A model generated the notes under the pieces. It had not been told where the DNA came from, ran no database searches, and worked only from the letters and a program-made list of their open reading frames with translations. DNA of 62,151 nt, the filler included, from Platydemus manokwari (taxonomy: Eukaryota), in assembly GCA_037951405.1 (NCBI GenBank). It is 5 parts of 5 records of this genome, joined end to end, with 100 filler letters (N's around TTAATTAATTAA, not from the genome) between each part and the next. Parts side by side here need not be neighbours in the genome. Positions count along the whole stretch, not along the records: positions 1 to 10,881 come from JBBMOY011091076.1; positions 10,982 to 26,964 come from JBBMOY011224765.1; 3 more parts are not named here. One strand, written 5' to 3'. Position numbers and translations under genes: made by a program. Below, piece after piece: positions 1 through 12,566 of this stretch. Positions within the stretch are counted from its first letter, which is position 1, and the number at the start of each line of letters is the position of its first letter.

Positions 1-233
1 TATTGAAATATTATCAATAATCAATGAATAATAATTAATAATATTGATTATTTGGTTAATATTGTGAAAATATTGAATAAATAATTAATTATGAAATCAT
101 TGATTAATAATATCTCAATCCAATTGATAAAACAAGCTACTGATATTTGTAATATTAATATCGATCACAATATTTCAATAAATCACCTACCGAATTGATT
201 AATATGCTTAATATTATCGATTTTTCATGCCAG

Positions 234-1373
234 GCTTTGATTCAACAAGAGGGCGATGCGTCGGTAATTGATCAGTTAGGCAAAGATGTTGGCAGACAAT
301 ATCCGCATCACGAAATGTTTGGATCACAACATGGATTTGGGTGTGTAGTTATTGTGTTAATAAGTGTAGCTATGGTGACAGCTTGAATTGTGTCGAGCAA
401 TTCTAGTGTTAGAATGCTGGTGTCATTTATTTATCCATGTCCATTTTATTGATAATATTTGTTTAAATCACACTTTTCCATTATTGTTTCATTGATGTGC
501 ACATCTTATCGATTAATCATTTATTTGAGCCAGTGTGAATTGATGATATGCGTGACGTCATTCATTGATTCATTCGTGATTTATATTTCATACCTCAGCC
601 AGCAATCACTGTTCAATGTGCTTAAAGCATACAGCATTGCTTATCCGGCAACTGGTTATTGTCAGGCCGAAGCACCAATTGCCGCTGCTCTCTTGATTCA
701 CATGCCAGAGGAGGAGGCATTTTGGACATTCTGTGCCATTTGCAAGCATTATTTGCCTGGTTATTTCGATTCCGGGCTGGTATGTTTGTCCATTTCTTGT
801 CAGTAGTTTCACAGAATCTCTATTGTTGTGCTAGGAACGAGTACAGCTGGACGCAAAAATATTTTACGGCCTTCTAAAGCGGCACTTGCCGTCAGCTTAC
901 AAGCACCTTGTAAAAATATAAATATATCGATTATTGTTTATATTCTATCATCTAGATCATGCATGAAGTCGAGCCCATTTACTTCATGGTTGATTGGTTT
1001 ATGTGCGTTTTCACCAGGAACTTTCCCTGGGCTACTGTTGTAAGAGTGCTGGATATGTTTTTCTGTGAAGGCATCAAAGTAATCTTTCGCATTGCAATGG
1101 CACTCGTCAAGGCTGTTGCCGGGACTGAAGAGGCAAAACGTAATCACAACTCAGCACAATCTATCGTGAGCTTCTTGCGAAATTTGCCTCCGGAAATCAC
1201 AACACCTGATTTCATTGTCACAGAAGTGAGTTATAAATAACGATTGATTGTCACTCTAATCTTCTCCGCACACACAGTCACTCAAATTTGCCAACATACC
1301 CGCTGCAGAATTCGTCTATGAGCATTTGAAACAGCGCAAAAGCTGCGCCGACGAAGCTAGTCAAATGTCGTAG
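234..1373 (+). CDS. TBC1D10: TBC1 domain family member 10 (Rab-GAP), 5'-partial; exons 234-340, 599-779, 835-909, 956-1225, 1278-1373
   Basis: GT-AG introns join in frame to give ...DQLGKDVGRQYPHHEMF...GQQSLFNVLKAYS...GYCQAEAPIAAALLIHMPEEEAFW...VQLDAKIF...YFMVDWFMCVFTRNFPWATVVRVLDMFFCEGIKVIFR, closely resembling the TBC1D10A/B TBC domain. The R-finger (DxxR) and Q-finger (YCQ) are intact. Stop TAG at 1371-1373. Confidence 0.93.
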
Positions 1374-1640
1374 AAAGATTTCCTCGAACGTCTTTCATGT
1401 CCTCGAATTTGAGATTATATATGAATATTATTATTGTGATTCATCACTATGACAACGTGATTATCAACAAATGATTGGAAACATCATTTTATCTGTTGTT
1501 TCCACTCACAGTTATGCAAATCAATAATCGACTAATAACACACACACACACACAATCAATCAATGATATCTTGTAAATCTGTTTGTCACTGCTGCTTGTA
1601 GATTGCAGATGGAGAAGTTTTTATTGAATCCCGAGTTTCA

Positions 1641-1855
1641 AATATTTATCTGAAATATTATTGATTTATCTGAAATATTATTGATTTGTCACAAATATTA
1701 TTTATTTATCTCAAATATTATTTATTTATCACAAATATTATTTATTTATCACAAATATTATTTATTTATCACCAATATTATTGATTTATCACAAATATTA
1801 TTGATTTATCACAAATATTATTTATTTATCACAAATATTATTTATTTATCTCAAA
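1641..1855. repeat. Minisatellite, 20-bp unit (ac/tc)aaatattatt(g/t)atttatc, about 10 copies
   Basis: Direct tandem repetition is visible in the sequence. It also explains the repetitive spurious ORF 1681-1905. Confidence 0.95.
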
Positions 1856-2372
1856 TTTGTTTATTTATATATACCCTATTCACTAGAATTGCACGAAAGC
1901 TTTAACGTAAAATTTGTTTCAAATATGTGCTATGATGTGCATAAAATCAATGAAATCATTGAAATAATCAAAAAATGATACAATCAAAGAAATCGTGTTG
2001 AAAACATAATTTACAAACTGACAATCAAACCATACAAGACAAAACAATTATTCATTAAAAATCAAGTTATAAGAATTAATTAATTAACTTATACATTGGC
2101 TGAATAAATCAAGTCATTAACTTATGTACATTGAAGTTAAGTTAAGAATGAATAACAAATATTTTTCCATTTATTGCTCTAGCGTTGCAATATGTGCAAA
2201 AGCAAATAAAAGATTTTGAATTTTTGTAACAATTACTGACACAGATGTAAGAAAAACGAATTCATAGGCAAATTTATGTAAAAGCGACTATAATAATACA
2301 AAAATATTGTTATCAGTATCAATATTTTTGAAGTGTAGAGCTTAATATTATATAAAACCTTTATGGTTTAAA

Positions 2373-3274
2373 TGTAGTAACGCTTTATAATTAACACCTT
2401 AATAAGTAATGTTTAAAAATAGAGCTTTTATTTAATATTAAATAATACATTAAATAATACAAAAGCAATTACGAACTTATGTTAAGGACCTAAGCAAAAA
2501 TACAAGACTTAAAAATCGTTATCAAATTAAACTAAGAAATTAAGGAGTTAACTGAGAAGTTCAAGAATAAGAAATTAATAATCAGTAGGAAACTAAGAAA
2601 TTCAATAAGAGAATACAAAACGGTTAATTTTAGAACTGCACCAACTTAACGGCTCGGTCTTATTCTCCAGCTCAAATTCTGGTGCACACTAAGTAAAGAC
2701 CAATTAATCTTTCCGACTAAGGTATATTTATATTATACTTTACACCAAAAATAACGTTGAAAGTACACAAGTGCATAAAAAGTTACATAAATAATACGAT
2801 GATCAAGTCCCGATATTTCTTCTGAATACCTTCACTTAAAATCTACTTCATGCTTATCTCACACTAAAATACTCTACTGTACGAATTAGCATACTGCTGA
2901 TACCAAAAATATCTTCTGCAATACTTTTAATCTAAACTACATTTGTTGAAGGGCTATCTACTTTATCAAGAAATATCTTACCTTTTCCAGTCTAACTGAA
3001 TGAGCGAAAATAATGAGTTAGGTCACTCTTTATATACTTATTGTTTAGCACAGTCAACCCACATCTCAAAACATTAATAATATGAATAATTTACTGCTAA
3101 AATCGATTCTGGAAATTTAAAAAATCGCGTTGTCGTGGTAATTTAAAATTTTAATTCACATCACAATGGTGATTTACATATCTCTAAGGCGAAAACATTA
3201 ACAACGTTGAATCACTTTGGGAAATTAATAAATCACTATGTGAGAAAAAATAAATTACAGAAAATTAATCATCA
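2373..3274 (-). mobile_element. Putative 3' LTR (~900 bp) of a decayed LTR retrotransposon
   Basis: On the minus strand, a PPT-like TTTTTGTGGGAG (3286-3275) is immediately followed by TGATG. A TATATAAAAGAG TATA-like box lies near 3030, AATAAA near 2430, and the element ends ...GTTACTACA (TG...CA termini). Confidence 0.55.
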
Positions 3275-4700
3275 CTCCCACAAAAATTTGAGTATATAAA
3301 CCCAGCCCAAATTGGGAAATCACAGATAAAATTCGGCACATTTAATTTTGCACATTATTCCGACGCTCAAATCTCAGCGCATAATTCCTGCACGAAAATT
3401 CGATATTCAAAGTCATCTTCGTTCTTGGGACAATCTTCACCAAACGGAATCCTTCAAATATTGTCATCCAGTTCGGGATATTTATCACTCATTAGCTTCG
3501 GGACCGCATCATCCAATCGTCATTATAGTTATCGATCAAATCTAATTGTTCAAATTCTTCCAGGATAATTTATGTCAATGGTAAACTCTATTAATTTAAA
3601 ATCAATTATCACTTGCAAAGCTCGATAAGATTTGTAGGGCTAAAATTAACTTGTAAAGCGGAAAGTTTTTGAGATTTAAGTGCATTATTTTAGTTTATTG
3701 TCCGAGGTAGGGCGTCACCTAGTTCTCTATGTCGGTTGTTCCTCATCTTCAGGGCACAACACTAACCTCTGTTAAATTTTTAGCATTACACATTTCATTA
3801 TTTTAATAAATCTATTACTATCATTGCTCCATTATTTTATTATCCTATCATTCTTATGTTATCCGAATTAAACACGCAACTTATTATTCTGATTGGGATC
3901 AGATCATTGATGGAATCGCCATTTTTTCTGATTTTAATCATATCTATTAAAATTTACTGATCGTTCAACGAGTTTATACTAGTTGATTTATCTTAATACG
4001 TCACATCAAATACTACTTAGCAAATAGGATTCCATCATTATTTTCATCATGCACATCCCTTCTTTGTGCATCCTGTTGTTCATACTTATTACTGCACGAA
4101 CGTTCTATTTATTTATTTTAATTATAGGAAATGGGCGGTAATTGAGGAAATTGGCGGTAATTGTTCTTATCATCTGCTAATTACACTATTTATTTACACT
4201 ATTTTGTTAAGCTTACTGATTAATATTTAATTTCATTGGTTCAAATGTTTGTTTGTGCTTGTATATGTAGCTACACGTGATGTTTGACCATTATTGATTT
4301 TTGTGACTGCACTTACATTACAAGATGTTTCAAATATTTTTATTTCGTTGGTTAATTAATCTTTTTACTTTAATCATTTTATCATATTTAACTGTTTACC
4401 TCTTCAAGATGGACGACAAAAATCAATATAATACCTTCGATCATTTTTTAAAACCAAAATATATTTCTATTCACTCTAACTCCTTTGGCAGCGTAATATT
4501 TCATTTCTAAAATTTTCCCATATTATTTTCTCATACGTGTAGTTGGCATTGAGTTCTCAACCACCAAAATTTATCACGTGACATATTAAAGTGCACACAA
4601 CATTAATTTAAATTTCCATATCATTTTTCCTTAACATGAATTATTCTCAAATCATTCCTCATAATATTCTCAATCCTATATTTCAATTTAGGCCTACTTG
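3275..4700 (-). pseudogene. Decayed internal region of the LTR element (broken reading frames)
   Basis: Stop- and frameshift-broken coding-like stretches on the minus strand (e.g. KYRIENIMRNDLRIIHVK, RIPFGEDCPKNEDDFEYRIFVQELCAEI) directly upstream of the PPT/LTR. Domain identity and far boundary are uncertain. Confidence 0.3.
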
Positions 4701-7700
4701 AAAAGAAAAAGTATGAGTATGTAAATATTGTTACGTTAGAGTGGAATCATTATAATCAATATGAAAATCAATTATATTGTTCATTTAGAATTTTGTTCAT
4801 TATTTATTATTTTTCTCTGGAAATCCTCGAAAGAATCATAATATTGATTATAATCGGTTGCACGATTTTCAAATAAAATGCAGGTTAATTTGATCAGAAT
4901 GAGATAAACAGTTAATTCCTCTGAACGATTATACACTAATATTAATCATTACACGAGATGATTTTAACTTTTGCTGATTTTATAATTGTGACGTAGATGT
5001 GCCCTGAAGACAATTTAAAAAACAGCATGGGGAGCTATTTGCACAGAACCTTGGTGAAAAAAGAGATCCATGTGGATAAGTTGGAAAGATGTCAAACGTT
5101 CTTTAAAAAGTTTGGCGTAATGAATTTATGATTTAAGAATTCCTTTATAAGTAATATTAACATGACTTATAATTAGTAATCATCAATAAAAATGACTCAT
5201 GTCTGCTTTTTCTTCTGTAATTGCCAAATTTATTTGTGCAATTTCTGTATTTTGTGTTCCTTCATATACTGTTTTTGTTAAGTTTTGTTTGAGTTGTCAC
5301 AGCAAGTAGTCAAGTTGTCATGGCAACAGAATTCACAGTAATCTCAATCTCTATCTCCAGATAATCAAAAACTAATGGATAAACCCCAATCTTCTCAAGT
5401 CTTAAACTTTTCTCTGGTATTTCAAAGACCATCAAACAAATTGCAATCCTCAAAGATTTCGAGACCCAAACAATCGCAATTCTCAAAAGCCTGAAATTGG
5501 AAAGTCGACATCGATAAATAACATAATATGACTTTATGTAAACATTGCAATTTTAGGTTAATTTACTTTTATTTGACTCTACTTTACTGTATCTTTATTT
5601 TGTTGTAATCAATAATTAATGGAAATAATTTTTGATTTTTACGAACAAATTGAGATATATGTGTTGCGTTCGGGCTTTATTAATATTAACTATTTTAATA
5701 CTATTATAATTTATTTGAGGATTACTGCTGTCTTGAAAATTCTGAAAGAGTTCTGGTTAAGGCCACATGTACAATTAGTAACCTTTATCGATTTATATTT
5801 TTCACCTTGCGCAACGATATTATATGGACATAATAGGTGCGGTAACAATAATCCTATATATTTTAATTAATTAATCCAAATATTCAGGGACACCCTTATT
5901 TCTGACAAATTTTACTAATATTTACTTCAAACAAACACTTCAATACACTAATTTTTATTGATTAACACACCAATTGCATGTATAACCATACAAAAATTAC
6001 ACTTATCAATGAACTTAAAACTACAGTAGGCACTTAACGTTAGACGATAACCATAACGAAGTTTTGGATTAAAGAACAATTAATAAACCCCTTCTAGTGG
6101 AGCTAAACCAAATATCTGAAGAGTTGTTTATTGAAAAAAGGTTGATATTCAAATGATACACGATAAATATCTATAGCAACGATCAGTTGGTTACAAAAAA
6201 ATCGAACTCACGTGCACTTGTAGGCTCGGCGAACATGTTTGTAGAGAAAATTCAGGAAAATAGCACGTCTTTTGGTGGTTTCTAAAATACACTTCTTCAT
6301 TTCACTTTACAAGAATTCCTATGCATTTGTTCAAAGTTACTCATATTTCATTTGGCTGTTAACTAGCTCATCATCATCCTACTGTTTGGCTTCGATCTAA
6401 AGTTATTCAAGAAAAATTTGATCTTGCTCTGTCAAATAATGCTTGGACAACAGCTCTCTCTTATCATATTTTTTCCCCTATTATTACGTAAGCTTATCCA
6501 TGTCGGATGTACTTCATTATTATGATCCAAGGCACATTCAACATCGATGGATTTAGTAAAGAAATTGCTCTTTGTGTCGACTAATATTATTTGGCTTTCG
6601 GATAAACAACACACGATTTTTTATTTCTTCAAAAGGGATTTGGACAGGACTGTCAATGATAAATGGTTTGGGTTCCCAGAATTCTACAGAATCTGATTGG
6701 TGTCGCTCAATGAGTTCTAACACGAGAATATAAGGCATATTTTTGATATGACAGTTGTTTTTTGATATTATTAAGTGAGATGTAATTCCTCAAAGAAAAA
6801 CGAAATTGCACCTTGGAACCAGTGTTTTGGCAATTTAAGTATTTGCAGGCCTACATAACTATACAGGCATAGCGATCAGCCAATCATTGTGAAGTTAGAT
6901 GATGAACTATAATTGGAACTACACAACGTCACACACATAGGGATTGACGAATTCCACTCATAAAAATTTAAAATCCAAATAAGAACAATTATCAAATCAA
7001 AATATGATGCGACATGACACAAAAAATATACACAGATCACGAATATAAAAATCGATGTAAAGATGGACAACTACCAGTTGAAAGCCAAGTTTGGGTTGAG
7101 ATTTTGTAATTCGTGTATTGATCAATACACCGAGAAATATATTTATCTTCTAATTGGAGCCAAGTTTTATTTATTGTTTAAAATTACTCAACAATATTCT
7201 ACTCGGGGATCAACCTTTTTTGGAGTACAAGATACAAGGAACCTGATTGGAAAATCATGAATAAAATGATTATTCATAACCCGCATATGAAAAAATATCA
7301 TAAGCAGTAAAAAAATTAGAAAAATCCCTCACAAAATAATTCCGAGCTAATCACCTGGAAAAGGTTTGGAGAAAAACCTTGTGAAAATTATTGCTACAGT
7401 TATCATAGTCAAAAGTTAAAAAAAAGAAAAAAATTAAAAAGAAAAAATTACATTCGAGCTATGGTTAAATAAATACATATATAATAATATCTTTTATATT
7501 ATATCAACACAACGGAATTTCGATATCGGAGCCTTTCCTTGTTGACCCTTGATTTTTTAAAGTGTCCGTTTGGTAAATAATGACTCTAGTTGATTGATAA
7601 ACTAAGATTGCTGGTTTAATATTATATTATAATATTTTGTAAAGGGAATTAAATTAGATAACGCTGTACTGTGCTGGACGGTAGCGTACATTGTGATAAA

Positions 7701-10700
7701 TTCGAATAAAAAGTATTCATTTAATCTCAGTTCTTGTTTTGATTATTCACAATTCACTCAACTGCCGGATTGACATTGTGCTTCAATCGAAGGAAAAGAA
7801 CTCACATTAGTAATAATTTATAAAAGGCATAACCCCAACAAAGATAAATGATTAAACTATTTAAGTTTAAACTATTTATTATGAGCTGCAAAAAACAATG
7901 AATATGAAGCATAACGAAAACATATTGACAAATATCACACACACACCAAATCTATCAAATGATTGGATATTTCTGCTGCAAAATGTTAGAAAAATCAATA
8001 AATTGTATTTTCAATTGGCGAAGCCATTGAGATAAATATATCAACTTCGAAGAAATATTAATTATTTAATCTGTTACAAACAATGATTTATTTGATAAAT
8101 AGCCAATCAAATCTACACAATTACGCCATGAAACTTGTCATAACGATTAAATATTTGTAAAATCCATTCACAGATACCAATCACAACTGATATTATTAAA
8201 ACATGGATAATAATCTCTTTCAACAAATGATAGATAACATGTGAGAGAAATAATCGATTCGAATGAAGTAGAGAACACATAATTGATAACAAATTGCAAT
8301 ACCGATTAAAACAAACGAAAAACATAATCCGCTTTAAAGGCTGAATTTTCAGTGGAATCAAACTGAAATGAAAATATAAAAATAGATAACAACTAACAAA
8401 GCTCATTTATGGATAAAATAGAGTGTGATAGCATAAAGATACATTGGGAAAAGAAGAAATTAGCAAAGATAATTTTTGACAAGACCATCAAGATGGTCCA
8501 TGTCAAATAATAATCCTAATCAATGAAGTTTTTATTCATAAATTGAGATTTACTGCAGGTTGAATATGCTCTTGATTTTTTCCCTGATCGCTCTTCAGAT
8601 CTGGCCGATGTAAAAATATAAAAATGCTCCAACAGGTGGTATAAAAATAAAAGATTACCTTCTTGTTTATTGAGTCTCTTTGAACCATGAGTAACCAACT
8701 TCTGAAGACATAAAAATAGCATGATCAAATGAAAAGAATCAGAATAAATAATTAGGATTTCCAATTCCTTTGCCATGAAAACCTTAGAATTATGTTTATA
8801 ATTCATTTTACAATTCATAACTTGAGTTAACATTAAATATTATCCACAATTGTAAGCTCAAATCATAACTCAAAGCAAATAAATCGCCTTTTTGAGAATT
8901 ATCATTTCATCTTTAAGAATTTGGCATGCTGCCTATTAAAATTAACAAAAATAATATCCTAGCCATGTAAAATCAATACGATTTATGTGAACACCAAAGG
9001 CTCACCAGTAACATTTATCAAACCGAAATCCCATAAAGAAGGCATGTGCATCAAATTCAGTCGAATACATTAATATAGAAATAAGATAAAATAACAAATA
9101 AAAGCATTCCATAAAGACCTAATGGAATTGCGAGATGTTTTATATGGATTAAATTTCAATTCCAATTCAAAACAATTTTAATTCACATTTTATTCAAATT
9201 TATTCAGATTTAATTTTAATTTAAATTAATGTAAAATTAGAATTATTTGTTTAAATGTTTGGATTTAAAATAGATTTTTGGTGTCTTGACTTTTCAGTTC
9301 GTTTTTAATGTGTGGTTTTTAAAATAGTAGCGGATAATAATGCCTATTAGTCTTTAGCAAAAACTTAATAATAATCTTATTATTAATACCAGATTTAATA
9401 TTTATGGTAATTACCATAACGTGTATTCGCTTTGAAGTAGCTGTGAATATCAAAACAAATAAAATTTAAAGTCAAAATTGACTAACAAGATATTATTAGT
9501 CAAAATAAATCAATATGAATCGAACTTAATATTTTCATGTCGAAAGTAAATAGATGTTACTAAAAATAGAGTAACTGCTAAAGATAAATAATAAAATGGA
9601 AGACTTAAGAAAATATGAATTTGTTTATTCGAATTAAATTTATTTTTGGTAAATAATTTACCAAATTAGGAATAAACCGATAATTATTGATGTGATATTT
9701 TATAAATGTCAAATCAATGAGTCTGGAATTGCTGCACAGTGGTGCTAATAGAATAGCATATAAAGTCATCACAGTCAGCTGAAGACTGCCATTATCAAAG
9801 TAGACAGAAATAAATAGAATTGTGGATCAGGAATATTCTTTATAGTAATGTAGAGGTTATTCGTAAAAGTTGCTTCGTGTTGTAAAAGGTATTCGTGATA
9901 GTTATTGCCAATAAAGATAAGGTTCTTTTGCATCGTAAAGGTATTTACAATCCTTGGCTATTACTTCCTAGAGAGTGATTCAATTTTTATTTAATTGACA
10001 GGTATTATTTAAGGGCACTGCTCTCGCGAATAATGTATACATTGTTCTATTAAATATAACTTAGTGATCAACTTATTGCCTTTTAGAGTTATATTAATAT
10101 GTTAACGAGTATTATTATCCTCTATTGTATTCAATAGCTGTATTATTTAAATTATTCGACTGATTCGTTAAGTGTCTTGTAGAATATTCCCAATAACCAA
10201 ATTATTTAAATCATTAAAAAAAGAAATGCAATTACTGACAGATATAAAGAAGATTTTGAAATTTAATTCTTAAATAAAATGAACATGTAAACGACAATTT
10301 GCTTGAATATTTTACGCGAATATACTTTTATGTGTTGAGCTTCTTAAACTTCTTTAAAAATAATATAGGTAGTATATAACAACAATTATCTAGGTCCTTA
10401 CATAACCCTATTCGAATAGCACACAATTCGCTTCTGATAATTATTATAATTATTCAGTATGTAGCATCCATATCTATGCATTATTAAATATCAACATGTC
10501 AACAAGGTTACCTAACGGTACCAAAAGACTCATTTATAAAAACAAATAGAAATCTCGTTGAAATACTAAATACTTATATACAATGTAACTTCATCTCTTG
10601 GAAGTGCATTGTAAATATGGTTATAACACTGAGATTCATTCAATTTTATAACTGTTGGAGGACAAAAGTGATAAACTTATCCCGGGATTTTATCGTTTAC

Positions 10701-10881
10701 GAGAATTTTTTTAATTTTCTATATTTTACTGATTATTGGAGGGAAATTATTGAGATTTACTAAATTATTTTTAAGACTTGTTAGATTTCTCATCATTTTC
10801 AAATATAAATATTGGGTGTATAACCTTAAAATTTCGATTTGATAAAAGATGTCGCTGGGAGTATTGCTTGCATATAATGTC

Positions 10882-10981
10882 NNNNNNNNNNNNNNNNNNN
10901 NNNNNNNNNNNNNNNNNNNNNNNNNTTAATTAATTAANNNNNNNNNNNNNNNNNNNNNNNNNNNNNNNNNNNNNNNNNNNN
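10882..10981. other. Synthetic assembly linker (44 N + TTAATTAATTAA + 44 N)
   Basis: Exactly 100 bp, with a core that gives stops in all six frames. Identical copies occur four times in the window. Confidence 0.97.
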
Positions 10982-11720
10982 TATATATATATAAAACCTT
11001 ATAATAATGAACTTCAAAAGAATCTCCAATCACAATATCGGAGATATTATTATTAGTGAGAAATGTAAATAATTTCAGTAAATAATGTTATCAATCATCG
11101 AAAGTTTCTAAATCAAATTCCATAATTTATGTGAGTCGTTTTTTTAAAATTGGCCAAGTTTCATTTATTTTAATAATAAAGTCCTCAATTGTTTGTCTTT
11201 TATGAATTTAAAATAACGGTAACTGATAACACGATAATATGTTTCTGTGTGTTAATAAAGGTATTAAATTGACCAATCCAATGACAATAAAAACAACGTT
11301 TACATAAAATTATATTTTTGCAGATTATAAATTGAGCTTATAGCTATTTCGAAATTTTTGAAATAACTTTTTCAATACTTTTATCGCCATAAATAGGCAC
11401 TAAAAAACAATTAAGTCGCTCTCGAAATAGACATATACTTTGGAAAAGTATATTTTGAATAAATAATTGGAGGTGATTGAATAATTTTTCTCAAAATGCA
11501 AAACATAGCGATATATGTTCAATCAATTCTAACATATTCTCAATGTTTATCCTGCATTATGAAGGCTTCATTAATGATATTTATCATTTATGCAAGCGCC
11601 ATCATCATTATGCAAGCTATCACAATCAATTTAGGAAAAATTATAGTGGGAAACTGAAGTCTGTTAAACGTATAAAACTTATTGATAATAATATTTAATA
11701 ATTGTTTCATTGTTATCAAG

Positions 11721-11877
11721 GTAAACGGAACAGGTGATGTCCAATTATTATTGCAAGCTAACGACAAAATCACGTGCATTGGGCGAGTAAGAGTTGACAA
11801 TCTGCCTCACGATCAAGTGGTAAATATTTTGAAGAAATTTCCTAAAGGTCATTTTCTTCAATTCACAGTGTTAAGAG
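11721..11877 (+). CDS. Exon encoding the C-terminal half of a PDZ domain (MAGI-like); parent gene unresolved
   Basis: AG|GTAAAC...AGAG|gt; translates VNGTGDVQLLLQANDKITCIGRVRVDNLPHDQVVNILKKFPKGHFLQFTVLR, matching the PDZ pattern L..xD.I..I....V..L.H.QVV..LK..P.G....L.V.RG. Confidence 0.72.
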
Positions 11878-12566
11878 GTTTGATTTAATAATAATAATAA
11901 TAACAATAATAATAGCTATATTAATAATTATTATTATGATAATAATAATTATACATGAATAATGGTATTAATCATAATTTTATTAATAATATGATTATAT
12001 TTTTAGTGAAAATAATATTAAATCATTATAACTGTAAAGGATAAACGTTGCACTTAAAAAACCTTTTGACCGTCAGATCAATGGCATGTGAGATCTCAAC
12101 ATAACTAGTAAATTACTAATCATTCATTGAAGTAGTCGTTTTCGATCATTTGAATCCGCAGGTCAAAGATGAATATTCATAATCGATCTTAATTAACCTA
12201 ATCAGTGATCCCACTCGAATCTATGAATTGATACCATGACAGAAGTATCGATTAATTTCAAATTTGAAAAAATGATCAGAGTACATATCGATGACGAATA
12301 TAATTCAATTACACATGTGAAAGCATTATCAGCTGTAACTGGGTGTAATCGTCTCGTCATGTTGTGACCTGCATGCATTAGTCAGTGAAATGAACGTGTG
12401 TGTGTGCGTCACAAGAGAATTTCAGAGCTACTTCTATGAATAATTATACCGTCATTTCATTGGTTACTGCAGATAGAATAAAAAATTATATTTTCATCTG
12501 TACGACCACTGCAATTTAGAATTGAATTGTAAAAAAAATTAACACGAACGTTTACGTTTATGAAGA

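Noticed and set aside
1641-1855. Regular repeats here and at 61670-61906 as CRISPR-like arrays
   Set aside because: Head-to-tail units with no unique spacers, no cas genes, and a eukaryotic context.
3746-5010. 13-bp inverted match TGTGCCCTGAAGA, with CTGAAGA as a possible hammerhead ribozyme core
   Set aside because: No TSD or extended TIR, and no stem II followed by GAAA. Compatible with chance.
10926-10937. Palindromic TTAATTAATTAA recurring four times, as a possible biological repeat or recombination site
   Set aside because: It is always centred in exactly 44+44 N, so it is a synthetic scaffold spacer.
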